Origin: Eledone cirrhosa
Lineage: Eukaryota
Length of the DNA stretch: 64,000 nucleotides
Reading direction: 5' to 3'
NCBI GenBank assembly: GCA_964016885.1
Contig: OZ024742.1
Span: 116,498,001 to 116,562,000 of the forward strand
The translations under genes were made by a program, and so were the position numbers. Below, in pieces: positions 13,217-27,165 of this stretch. Numbering within the stretch: the first letter of the stretch is position 1; every line of letters starts with the position of its first letter. Below the pieces are notes generated by a model. That model saw only the letters and a program-made list of their open reading frames with translations. It did not search any database and was not told where the DNA came from.

Positions 13217-13755
13217 CATTCATATATGCTTTCCCCTTCGCTGTGACCTGTCTTTTTTCTCTTCCCTTGCAGCTATCCTCTTTCTCTCTCCCCCTTCTCT
13301 CTCCTTCTCCCTCTTACTTTCACTCAACCCCTCTGTTAGTCACCCTCTCTCGGCTAGCCTCTTCCTCGCACTTTCACTCACTCACTCTCTGCTACTCACG
13401 CTCTCTCTCACTTCCTCCATCGTCCCACACCGTACGCGATCTTTCTTCTCGCTCACATCCGTACGGTTAAGATGTGTCTTTATATCCTCGTCAATATTCG
13501 CCTGTTCTTATGTTCGAAATGAATTATTGACATGATTTTTTTCATTTTTTCCTCTCTTTACGTTGCCTCACCATTCGTGTCTGTTTACCTGTCTTTCTCT
13601 TTCTCCACCCAACTCTTTTTTATCCCAATAAGTTATTTTAGTTATTGTATCGCCCGAGACGGAGGTATATTGTCTGTAATGCGTAGAAATACCTATGATG
13701 GCTAGTAGACAACTGATGATGGATATTCCTAACTTCTATTTCTAATTCTTCATTT

Positions 13756-13759
13756 TATA

Positions 13760-13826
<67 letters not shown>

Positions 13827-13827
13827 G

Positions 13828-13860
<33 letters not shown>

Positions 13861-14018
13861 GTATATATATATATGTATATATATATGTATATATATATGT
13901 ATATATATATGTATATATATATGTATCTGTATATGTATATATATATAAATATATATGTATGTATATATATATGTATATATGTATATATATATATATGTAT
14001 ATGTATATGTATATGTAT

Positions 14019-14086
<68 letters not shown>

Positions 14087-14141
14087 GTATATTTAAATAT
14101 GTATATTTATATATGTATATATATATATATATACATACATA
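13756..14141. repeat. (TA)n/(TATG) microsatellite
   Basis: Direct reading. Confidence 0.97.
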
Positions 14142-14790
14142 TAAATATAAATTAGCGAGAATCGTTTTCAGCTCAGGAATTAACGAAAATCAACGTCCGA
14201 TGTGTGTGGCAAGCGCTCGATGAATCATATGAATCAGAGCTACAACATACGTTAAGGGCCAAACACACTGAGATGATGGTTAAACATATCATCCGCAAAG
14301 CCAAAACAAAACGACCAAGTAATTCGGGTCAAACAATAAAAATATATGTGTTGATACTTTCCCGGACCCTGGACTGATGGTAAAATCCAGTATTGGTTTC
14401 TGCGACTCCAAATCAGGTACTGTCCGCCTACATAAAGAATGTTGGGCTTCTGGTGAGATGATGAACAAGGCAGTCGTGTTATCAACGGGTTTTGCTCCAA
14501 GATGCAATAGATAGTGTGGCTATTACTGACCCCGCGTGGGATTCAGCAAGGGAGGTAACACCTCTATTAAGCGAATGATTCAGTTGTGTATTATTGCGAG
14601 AATGCAAAGTATCACAAATCGAATAAAGCTCTCGACAGAATGGTTAAATATAACAGAGCTATTCAACAGTCAATATAAGTAACTGAAAAAATCAATAAAA
14701 TTAACTGCTCAATAGCTAGACTCTGGAGATTAATTCAAATATAAATTAGCGAGAATCGTTTTCAGCTCAGGAATTAACGAAAATCAACGT
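14142..14790. repeat. ~650-bp non-coding element bounded by identical ~55-bp direct repeats
   Basis: AAATATAAATTAGCGAGAATCG...AAAATCAACGT at 14142-14196 and 14737-14790; flanked by (TA)n. Confidence 0.85.
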
Positions 14791-14903
14791 ATGTATACAT
14801 ATATATATATATATATATATGCACTGGAAGGTAATATCCCTAATGGTAGAGCATTCAGTCCATGGGACGAGTTAGGTAGAAGTGGTTACACAACAGTTAG
14901 TTC

Positions 14904-14955
14904 ACCATACCGAGAACAATTGTCTCACCTGAGCGGATCGTCAGCTCGTAATGGT
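14904..14955 (-). ncRNA. Minimal hammerhead in the Penelope pLTR, core mutated (GAAA to GAGA)
   Basis: CGAG-CTGACGA-tccgctcaggt-GAGA-CAATTG-TT-CTCG. Confidence 0.75.
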
Positions 14956-15116
14956 CATGGTTATACGGAACAGGAAGGACAACCGTACGAACGTGCATGC
15001 GCAGAAACGATCACTTCATACAGCCAATACTAAATTGCGTGCGAGAGGTGTAAAGGAGATAACTCCGAAAGTCCGAAAGTTTCTAGTTGATAAGAAAATT
15101 AGGATGTTGTTGTAAT

Positions 15117-15570
15117 TCAATCGGGGGCTTTGTAGTTATGTAAGAGGTGTTTCCAGACGTGTGGACAACGTGTGAAGAATTCATTACTTGAGTTTAGGCA
15201 ATAACTATTGCGTAATCTCTTTAGATTATTTATTCGTTCATCAATACATAGTCCACACGACGGATTGCCTCTTGCGTATGGCTTGGAATTAGTGATGGCT
15301 TTCCATTGATTGGAGTAGTCTATACTTGAGTCCTTGAGGGACCATGCGTGGCTCGCAAGTTTCGTATATGAACGCCTGTCCGGGTACCTAAAGGTCGACT
15401 GGTGGTTCAGGAAGCGTTCCTTAAATCGGGCCTCCGCCATACCCATATAGGATTTGACCTCCTGTGGTTGATTTTGTCAGTTGGAAGTGACGACAGCTTC
15501 ATAAACTACAGCGGGTGTGTTGCATTGCTGTTGAAGGGTACAAGCTTCGGGCTTACGGCAAGTGCACCCT
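15117..15570 (-). pseudogene. GIY-YIG endonuclease of the Penelope-like element
   Basis: Cys-rich linker, VVY..YMG motifs, catalytic R, and C-terminal CxxC..E..LN..CxH. Confidence 0.9.
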
Positions 15571-15722
15571 GGTGGGGTGTTGCTCTTAGGGCTGTTGGTG
15601 ATGTGGGCCTTCATGTTCTTAGCGCAGGAGTATCCTAGTTTTACTTTGTGTCGATTAAAGATGCAGCGGTATTTATGACCTATGGGAAAGTGTCTATCTA
15701 AGAGGGCTAGAAAGTTTTTTGC

Positions 15723-16526
15723 CTACATCGGTTTTAACGTTGAGTGAGAATGGAGCAGAGAACCATATAGTTTGTCTATTGTTACGCTTTCTTTTCTTAT
15801 TGCTGTGTTGTTAGTGGAAGAGTAAGTGATAGGTTGCGAGAAGCCGCTGTTAGCTAACGCCGTGTTATAGTAGGGTGCTGCTCTGTCAAAGATAGCCTTA
15901 TTAGAGGAGAGGTTTGAGATTCTAGTACTGATATTATTTACGAAGTTTCTAAAAACAGTGGCAGGGTGGCATGAGTCCTTGTGAATGTAATTGAGTTTTT
16001 CGTTAAGCTTCTGGAAAGGTCTGTAGGTGTGTGTGGGAAGGGTTAAATTAATGTCTAAGAAATCTACGCTAGAGAGGTTGTTAGCTACTGTTATCTTAAG
16101 TCCTAACTCATTGAAGGTAGAAGCTAAGTATTTTTTAAACCGGTCGAGGTCGTAACCACTTTTATGGATCGATAAGGTCAGTCCATCGTCGCGGTATATT
16201 CCCGTGTGGAGATCCGGGAATGTAACTCGTAATATGTCTAAAATAAATAGGCCAACCAAGTGGCATACATCAGCACTGTGAAACGATCCCATGGAGACGT
16301 GGAATAGGTTTGAAGTTGTTGTCTTCATTGCCCAGGCAACTCCGTTGTTAAAGAGGAGGGTTTTCCGGCAGTGAGCAATGATTTCCCTCTCTAAACCATC
16401 GACGGTAGTGTAAGTGGTAGCAAAGTCCAACGCTTTGTTTAACAGGGTCTCTGAGATCGACGGGTAAAAATCAACAATGTCAAACTGTCTGAACTTCGCT
16501 TTTTTGGATTTGAAGGAGTTAAACAA
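15723..16526 (-). pseudogene. Penelope-like reverse transcriptase
   Basis: YRDD catalytic motif and PLE thumb YIHKDSCHP; frameshifted relative to the endonuclease. Confidence 0.93.
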
Positions 16527-16883
16527 CTTAATTACGGAGTCGCTGTTCTCCCACTAGGACAGGTTGGACTTTGTCCTAATGGACTTAACTATGTTTCTAA
16601 GTATGGCCTTACTGACTAGTCCCATATCTGTGCGTGCCGTGTTTAGTAGCCTACATGTGGGGTTACGCAATAACTATTGCGTAATCTCTTTAGAATATTT
16701 ATTCGTTCATCAATACATATTCCACACGACGGATTGACCCTTCGTATGGCTTGGTAATGGCTTTCCATTGAATGGAGTAGTCTATACTTGAGTCTTTGAG
16801 GTACCTTACATGGCTCGCGAGCTTCGTGGATGAACGTCTGTCCGCGTACCTAAAGGTCGACTGGTGCTTCAGTAAGCGTTCCT

Positions 16884-16978
<95 letters not shown>

Positions 16979-17439
16979 AAAGTGTTCGCTACGACACAGG
17001 TGTTTACATATATGTATGAGTAGTTGCATATCTAGCGATATACGATATATATATTTATGTAAAAACTTTAAAAAGCCTTAGGCATGAAACTTGGAAGCTG
17101 ATAGGTAGCGTTATCAGGTGGATTCCATTAAAAGCAAGGGCGGATAATCTGTCAACAGTTGACTTTCTGACTGATGGTTGTTATCAAGATAGCGCTTCCT
17201 CTACTTGCCCTCTGTTGTAAACCAATGTAGGTAAAAACCTATAGTTTTGATGCCTATGTATATAGGCTTATAAGCCTAAATCACCTTCAACATCCTCACC
17301 AAACAGCTTGGTGGGGTTGCCGGTTTAATTGCCGACGATTCGACTATTGTCCTGGGTTACAGGAAGGCCCCTTTCTAGTCCTCCAAAGTCAATGTTTCCA
17401 GGACGCTTTACCCCTCCCCTCCCCCACCCTCAAAGCGGA

Positions 17440-18432
17440 TATCCCTGAGCTTCTTCTTTACCTTTGGTAACATCCAGACGTCGCATGCGGCGGACTTTGG
17501 ACTGTAGGGACGGCGAGAGACAGTCTTGATATCATATCAGCCAAGTAGCTGGTCACAGGAATGGATTTGTGTCAGAGGCACATGATACTGGCCAGACGCG
17601 ATTTGTCCTGGCGCACATGATATTGGCCAGACGTGAAGGGATCTAGTCTATTGCGACGAAATCTCGAACTGAACTGCCTCAAAACGTCTACATAGTATTA
17701 TTTGTTGCCTCTCTGGCCGTCAAGAAACAATTTGATATAGATGAAGCCCAGGCTGTCGAATAATGGGTTCACCGTGTGCTTTCCAGTAGACCTTCTTTAC
17801 CTGGGCTTCTTGGGCCGTGGGGAGTCATCCCTCTGCTATTATCAACGCGCCTTTGATCTTGATTGAGCACCGTGGGAACAAACTTTACACGAAGTTTTCG
17901 CTTGTTCAAATCGTCTTGAACGACTCTTCAAATGTATAGCAATCGTCAGAAGAGATGCACGATGGACTTCATCCAGAAATATAGGAATTTTCTCGACAAA
18001 ATTTGATGCCTTAATGTCCATCTCCCTGTCATACATTCCGTCGTCCCTCACCTGATTCCTGGCCTCCTGGAACGTCCTGTGCTATCGGAAAAAAGTCACC
18101 CGGCACATGAAGTTACTCCGTAAGTAGGTCTGAACATCTCATGTTTCTGCACGTTTTTTTGCTGAGCTTAACACAAACGTTATTGCTTATCGAGCCCCCA
18201 AATTATTCTTACGTACCGATAGCGTTGTAGAACCAATGAGCTTTGACAAGATGTGTGTGGCGGGTATGGTTTAAAGAACTGTAGCTGCCCGGATCTTCAG
18301 CCTGTAAGCAAATGATTTGGCATATTAGCTTACTGTAACCATATCAAAGATGCATTAGAGTGACAATTAGGTAGTTCAATTACAAGTGCCTGAAGGAAAA
18401 GTAAAAGTCTCAAAACCTCTTGTGTGTACCTC
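17440..18432 (-). mobile_element. Decayed Tc1/mariner (mariner) transposon fragment
   Basis: Minus strand starts TAtGAGGTac..AAGAGGTTTTGAGACT, a mariner-like TIR. Remnant peptides RQDKSR (HxDNA-like) and PYSPKSAACDVWMLPKVKKKLR (YSPDLAPCDF.LF..LK). Confidence 0.8.
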
Positions 18433-18446
18433 ATATATATATATAT

Positions 18447-18610
18447 AGGTAGAACACTGGAAGGTAATATTCGTAGTGGTAGAACACACAGTCCATGAGA
18501 CGAGTTTGGTAGAAATAGTAACACAACAGTTCACCATACCGAGAACAATTGTTTCACCTTATGCGGATCTTCAGCTCGGTATGGTAAACTAACTGATGTG
18601 TTACTACTTC
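18447..18610 (-). mobile_element. Solo Penelope pLTR fragment
   Basis: Homologous to 14821-14955, downstream of the GIY-YIG ORF. Confidence 0.85.
18528..18590 (-). ncRNA. Minimal type I hammerhead, intact core, palindromic stem III
   Basis: AGTTTACCATACCGAG-CTGAAGA-tccgcataaggt-GAAA-CAATTG-TT-CTCGGTATGGTGAACT; 16-bp stem I with one G-U. Confidence 0.88.
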
Positions 18611-20067
18611 TATATATATATATGTGTGTGAGAGAGAGAGAGAGGGGGGGGGGCGAGAGAAAGAAAGAAAGGAAAAGAGAGATGAAGTAAAACGGAATAG
18701 CATTGTTTTTGACGATGATAGTTCAAGCTGTTCGAACAAGAGAACCGTCTATTTATTAAATTAAAGACCAAGTGGTTGAGTATTCCTTCGACACTTGTTC
18801 TCTTAACATTGTGCTGAATCTGCAAGAAGATTAATCTTAACAAATTGCCCAACCAAGTACACGGAGAATATATTATGTCAATACTATTCAATATATTAAA
18901 ACAATGAAAATAAGCACGAAATCAATCATTTTAAAAGTTGTATATGACATATGTGGAAATGCTTTCTTTTGGCCTGATATCAGTAACTTTTTCCTGTGAT
19001 TTCCCCCTCTTGATTTTTCTGTTCTTTTGCTAGTGGTGGTTGGTGGTTGTTTGATGGTAGTTATGGTGATATTGGTGTTGTTGTTGGTGGTGGTTGTACG
19101 GATGGTGGTCGTTGAGTTAATATTGCTGTTTTTGTTGTTGTTGGTGGTATTTTTGTTTGGTGATTGTAGTCGTAGTTCTTTTCGTGTTATTAGTGATGGT
19201 CGTGCTGCTAGAATTGTTGCTGTTTCTGTTCATATGATGCCGCCTCAGGTCAGCTCTGACCAAACAAACTGAGTAACAGCCTAGATTCCCCCGTTGCTAG
19301 TAAGATTGTTATTGTTGATGTTTAGCGTCAAGCCAATATCGATTTGAAACTCCTATAATGAACATCATTCGTAGGGTATTATGTTGTTCTTTGGCCTCCC
19401 GTTATTCCCTTTTGAGTAGACTTATTTTCGAATGTATTCAAGCAATGTCTATCTCATCTTTATTCTTTATTTCTTTAGGCATAGTGTATCTATTATAACA
19501 TTATTTCATGTAACAACTTTCTTTAAGACAGTAGAATGTGATTTGATGGAATAGATCTAGCTGTTATTTCTTGCAGGTCATTTGATTTGCCAATATTAGT
19601 AGTCTTTCATAGGGCCGGCAAATCTTTCAATAATATAATTTCAGACAGAGCTAAGAAATTGTATAAAAGAATAAGCGCTTTGCAGAAACATTTTTACAGT
19701 CCACATGACTAAGCAATTTTTGAGTCTGACGTCAAAGACGAGACACAACGAGATAGAAAGATGGCTAAATATCTTGTTATATAACAGATTATGTAATCGC
19801 ATAGATCAAATAGATTTTGTCTCTCAAATACACATTTGACATGGAGCCATATCAAAGAAAGTCCAGATTTCTGACGCGTGTTATATAGATATAAGATATG
19901 AACGAGTTATGTTTTATTCTATTGTATTTGTGTGAAGAGGAAATCGTTCGCATTCAAAAATATTTTCTGAAAAATGCTCTAATAATTTTGTCAGTAATTT
20001 AATATAAGATGTAACGAATAATAAGAAATGTTACATCTATATATCATTCACACACATCCATAAATAT

Positions 20068-20741
<674 letters not shown>

Positions 20742-20893
20742 CAGGTACACATACATATATGCACGTATCAGTTTAGCGGACGCTTATTATAACGCCGCTT
20801 TGTTCGTTTGTAAACAAACTGAACAGCCTGGATTTTTATGCCGTACGGTGTTAAGGCAACCACGTCACCTTTTTGTTCAACACTGACACAGGA

Positions 20894-20936
20894 ACGATGT
20901 ACTAGTTTCAAGCTTGTTAGCTATCATCAGCACCGT
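20894..20936 (-). ncRNA. Minimal hammerhead in a partial copy (20735-20942) of the 475-bp repeat family
   Basis: ACGGTG-CTGATGA-tAGCTaacaAGCTt-GAAA-CTAG-TA-CATCGT. Confidence 0.85.
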
Positions 20937-20975
20937 ATACCCGTATATATTTATATATATATATATATATATATT

Positions 20976-21570
20976 GGTGCTACTGGTAACATGTATCACA
21001 GTACAACCTGTCTCATGGTCGGGTCGTTGGCGACTAAACTGGCAACCCCACCAAGGTTTCTTGGTGAGGAGGGTGACTTTGGACATCCTGTAGGACTAAA
21101 AGCAAAACCTGTCAAAGCGCAAATGAGCTCTTAAGAGTCAATGGCCATTCAAAATGACCGGGAGAGTTGACCCCTTAGCCTTTGTCAAGGCAGAATTCTA
21201 GGAGAAGGAAAACTCTGATATAACACCTGCAACTCTGATGGTATCCAATGATGTTGACTTGTTCTTCTTTTTGGTAAATATCATCTTGGTTAAGAGAGTG
21301 GGACTGGCTTTGTGCAGTGCCTTTGCTCACTATAAAAGCTTCACGTCACAGGCATTGCTTTATATCTGGAGATCTATCTGCACTTGTCCTCACATGGTAC
21401 CATGGGCCCAGCACTATGTGTCAATAATTGTCACATGTGTAGTGTATGTACCAGAGTTTTCAAGTCGGTGGCTGGACTAAAAAGCACACTCGTTCAGCGC
21501 ATCGGTAGGGGTTCTTCTACATGGATATGAAGTATTGGCCGTACTCGAAAACGAGTTGGCAGCCACCATA
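20976..21570 (+). mobile_element. Probable 5' UTR fragment of an RTE-clade LINE
   Basis: CTAGGAGAAGGAAAACTCTGA motif (~21198-21218), which I recall from RTE 5' UTRs; GC-richer than the flanks; no ORF retained. Confidence 0.55.
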
Positions 21571-22006
21571 TATATGTATATATTTATATATATATATATC
21601 TATACGTGTGTGTGTGTGTGTATTATAGGTAATACGTAGCATTGTGAGATATGCAATAAATGATAAGTTTCAAAAACCCGGTGCAATGCAGTAAAGATAT
21701 ATAAAGGCCAAAAGATTACAAATAAAACAAATCAAAACAACCCAAAGTAATGTTTTCTCCAGTTTATTTCAACATATACTCCACTTAGGGACGAACACAT
21801 CTTGTTCGTTTCCGTTTGAACCGTTTCCACTTTACATATGACAAGAAGGTTATTGCCCTGAAATATCATGTTGAAATAGACTTGGTAAAACATTATTTCA
21901 CTTTGTTCTTTATCATCCTGCATATATATATGCATAAAAAAAATGCGGCGAAAACTTCTATTTCTACGTTCATACTTGCTCGCTGTTTCAGAACATACTT
22001 ACACAA

Positions 22007-22105
<99 letters not shown>

Positions 22106-22258
22106 TGTGTGAAATATCGAGCGAGTTTGAAATTAGAAATAGTACCTTTCACCGTTTTTTTTTTTTAAGAAATACGGTTGGCAGCCTATATATATATATA
22201 TATATATAAAATAAAAATGGCGTAGACATTACAGTACAATACAATGGGAGGAGACATA

Positions 22259-22311
22259 ATAGTACCACTGATGATGTTGCAGATGTGCAACGAAAAACTT
22301 TGATAGACTAT
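22259..22311 (+). ncRNA. Degenerate hammerhead-like motif
   Basis: CTGATGA-t-GTTGCA gatg TGCAAC-GAAA with a perfect stem II; stems I and III are eroded. Confidence 0.45.
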
Positions 22312-24892
22312 ATATATATTTATATTTGTATTTTAACCGATGGTCAATCAATGATAAACATTGATTGCCAAGTAAATTAACTATTTAGATATAAAAGACA
22401 CAGAAGCGAAAACCAACCAAACAGCGAGTGTGTTCTGTTATTATTTCTGACAATATTATTACAACAATATGATCCTCCCCAAGTATATACAATATATATA
22501 TATAGAATAAGAAAATGCTAAGTAGTTTCAGATGTTAAAGACCTTTATTGATAATGCTGTGATATATATTTCAATGACGATTCGATTCCGTGTACCCAGT
22601 GTCGTGACATCATCAGACAGCTTCTTACATAAGAAGGTTACGTTCTCGAGTCAATCCAAAGTGATACGAGCGGGAAACGGACAAGGCGTGTGTTCTTGTA
22701 TCCCTCGTCCGTTCCTCTGTGAGTCCGAATTCACCTCCACATGTATGGACAGATGCGACGAGGCCAGCCAAGTAAGATCCGTGCGAAACCACTTTTGGAA
22801 ACTGCTGTTGGATAGAAACTATGTACAACTTTTTGTAAGAAACGTTGTCGAAACTATAACAGACCACAAACACAATCACAGACACCAATATCTACCACCA
22901 CTGTTAATGCTAATAGCAGCCACAACCACTTGCAGACCAGCAACAACGAAAGACACAGCACAAACAACAAATAAAAGGAGAGAAAGAAATCAGAAAATAA
23001 ATATAAAACCTGCGTCAATATTGATCTGCGATAACAATGTGAACAGACAGATAGTCGTTTTAGAAACTGTATCTTATCATGTCTCCCAGTGCGAGTAATA
23101 AAGCATGAAGGAACGTTGATACAACACCTCACGCAGAGCACCGATGAAAACGCTTGCTGCCTTCGTATATGCCCTGTCAGGGAATATACTACCACGTGAA
23201 TTAACAACAACAACAAAAACACTATAAAATCAATATACCTGAGAGACCATGTAGTTTATGAGTTCAACTGTGCGTGCGAATCCAACTACATCCGTTCCAT
23301 TAAACGCCAACTGCATAAGAGAAAACTCGAACAATTTGAAAATGTGACGCCTCCGAGCGCAGTGTTTCAACACAAAGAAATATGTGGAAGAATAATAATC
23401 CCAAAAATACTTGCGCAGCTAAGAGATACGGTCAACTGAAGAATAGCAGAGGTATGTTTTATTAGGAAGCGGATGCCTACCCTAAACCATTGGAGTGACG
23501 TGAACACATGGAAACACATATACGTATTCTCTGACGGGTAACGGAATAGCCAAGCCAGGAATAATATAGTAACCTGGTAAACACTCCCACATCCACTTCA
23601 CACGACAATTCCAATAATCTAACAATGAAATATTATGCTATATTTATGCCGTGTTTATATCAGATGCGCTATTAGCCCTTCTACAAACCAAATCGATTTT
23701 CTCCTTATTAAGTCTGCATCCTATTGTGTTAATATCACAACATTTTATAGTGTTAGTATCACATGCATTCACACGAGTGCCGTCACACTCAGTTGCTCAT
23801 TATTAAACACAGACATTCACACACACTTACTCGAGCTAGTTTTCTCATGTTTAATTCTTTCGGCATATATTTGACATTGTCTATCCCTTTGCTCGATCCT
23901 CTCTACTAGAAAACACACTGACATTTTTACTTCAACAGCATCCGACGTGTTTCTTCCCCATTAATCACAAATTGCTTTTACCTTTTTCAAATTATTTTCT
24001 CTTTCTGTGCTTCTGCCATCGATCGTACCAAATTGACAAAGGAAAACTGTTTGAGATTTCAATACCTCTTTCTTTCCTTCTCAGCGTAATATGTTGACAT
24101 TATACTATGTATTTATATTTTTGCTTTGGATGTTCTCTAGATACATATATACCACGCTGGCATAAACCAAGTGGAGATTTATAGCTTCTGAATGTTTTCT
24201 ATGGAATATTTTAGCATAATATTTTAGCAGCTGAACCAGAAACTACAATAGATTTCGGAAGCTGCTGTTCTAGAAACAGCGCCAATCATGACTCTGGTTG
24301 CAGCTGTAAAATCGGTCGAAATTGTTATCGTAATATTCAAATCAAACGACAACGACCAACGATCTTCCTTGCAGGTCTCAAGCAGTAGTGTATCTTCATC
24401 ATCAAATTCGGAGATCGACTCCTCCTCTGGAGAACATCTGATAAGATTTTATAAACATCATGAAATAAATACTGAAGGTAAATGAAATCAATGAGTGATT
24501 CGTAATGTAGAAATTAGTAGAGAAAACAGTACTGATGCAGATCATCATGTGAAAACTGTATCAACATGATATCGCTTAAGATAGTTCAACTATCTACTCA
24601 CGCAGCAACCGAATAGCTTCCAGGACATTTCGGTACTGAAAATGTTCAATAGGAGGGTAACAGCTACATGGATTTCTTTATTACGACTTACCTGGTGTAA
24701 TATCTGGAATGTAAGATTACCCAAAATATCAGGTATTTTAAATTACATGTGTTAATTTTGTGAAATGTTTAATATACATATCAAGTTACACTGTTTAATT
24801 TATAACTATATTTTTACATCTACATTTATATAAATATATACTGTATAGTCGAATCCCTAGCTTCGTTTCCTGTGTAATTTTGTCCGACCCCA

Positions 24893-25095
24893 TAGTTATT
24901 AGGCCAGCAATTTTGGGGGAGAGGAAAGTCGATTAAATCGATCAGTGCATTACTGGTGCTTTATTTTATCGACTTCGTTAGGACGAAAGGCAGAGCTAAC
25001 CTCGGCTGGATTCGAAATCAAACTGTAAAGGGCCGTAACTCTATGTTGCAAAGCAGGTTGTCCGACGCTCTATTGACTCTGCCAATCCGCTGCCC
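24893..25095 (-). mobile_element. SINE (190-bp family, long-tail variant)
   Basis: Reverse-complement match to the family. Confidence 0.85.
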
Positions 25096-25217
25096 TAATA
25101 ATAATGATAATAATGATAATGGAGACAAAAGTAATAAATAAACATATTATGATGATAATAATAATAAATAAATCTGATTGCAATTTAAATATATGCTCTT
25201 AAATACATAAGTATGTA

Positions 25218-25464
25218 ATAATTGTTTCTACTTTGGGCACAAGGCCAGCAATTATCCAGTATATTACTGGTACTTTATTTTATCGACCCTGTAAGGATGA
25301 AAGGCAAAGTTAACCTCGGCGGGATTTGAACTCAGATCGTAAAGAGACGTAACTACGCTGGAAAGCATGTCTGACCCTCTAGCAATACTGCCAATTCACC
25401 GCCCTTGTAAATTTAAATAATTGTTTCTACATTAGGCACAAGGCCAGCAATTACCCAGTTCATT
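25218..25464 (-). mobile_element. SINE plus partial second 3' end, inside a 30-bp direct repeat
   Basis: ATGCTCTTAAATACATAAGTATGTAATAAT at ~25193 and ~25465. Confidence 0.85.
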
Positions 25465-25639
25465 ATGCTCTTAAATACATAAGTATGTAATAATATTCAC
25501 TGATTATTGAGAGCATATTAAGAGAGTTTGCTGATGCGAAACACCAAATCAGCTTTTATTATATTTTGAAATAATTGTTTAATCGCTTGCAACAAATGTA
25601 GATTTACACACACACACCCACATAAACACACACACGCTC

Positions 25640-27067
<1,428 letters not shown>

Positions 27068-27109
27068 ACGAAACATAAGTCAATTGCATGAACTTATAAT
27101 CCCTTATTT

Positions 27110-27165
27110 ACTGCTATATATATTTCGATGATAGACATTGAATGGCTAAGACCTCATCAGGCAGT
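27110..27165 (-). ncRNA. Minimal hammerhead with palindromic stem III
   Basis: ACTGC-CTGATGA-Ggtcttagccattcaatgtctatcat C-GAAA-TATATA-TA-GCAGT. Confidence 0.75.

Larger units (their letters stand above)
14820..16888 (-). mobile_element. Penelope-like element (probably Naiad-type), 5'-truncated and decayed, with a hammerhead in the 3' pLTR
   Basis: RT FDIVDFYPSI / SMGSFHSADVC / GIYRDDGL / DFLDI. Linker CTCRKPEACTLQQQC. GIY-YIG VVYEA..YMGMAE..FKERFLNH..CGLC..E..LN...E...CPH. Confidence 0.93.

Noticed and set aside
13668-13757. CTGATGA in the 12981-13216 palindrome family as a hammerhead
   Set aside because: All copies read ..TTCCTAAC where GAAA is required; no consistent stem III.
15117-15570. 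Selenocysteine recoding as in some Naiad PLEs
   Set aside because: Linker and endonuclease cysteines are TGC/TGT, and no convincing SECIS was seen downstream.
19027-19272. Hydrophobic 81-aa ORF
   Set aside because: Degenerate (GTT/GGT)n trinucleotide repeat.
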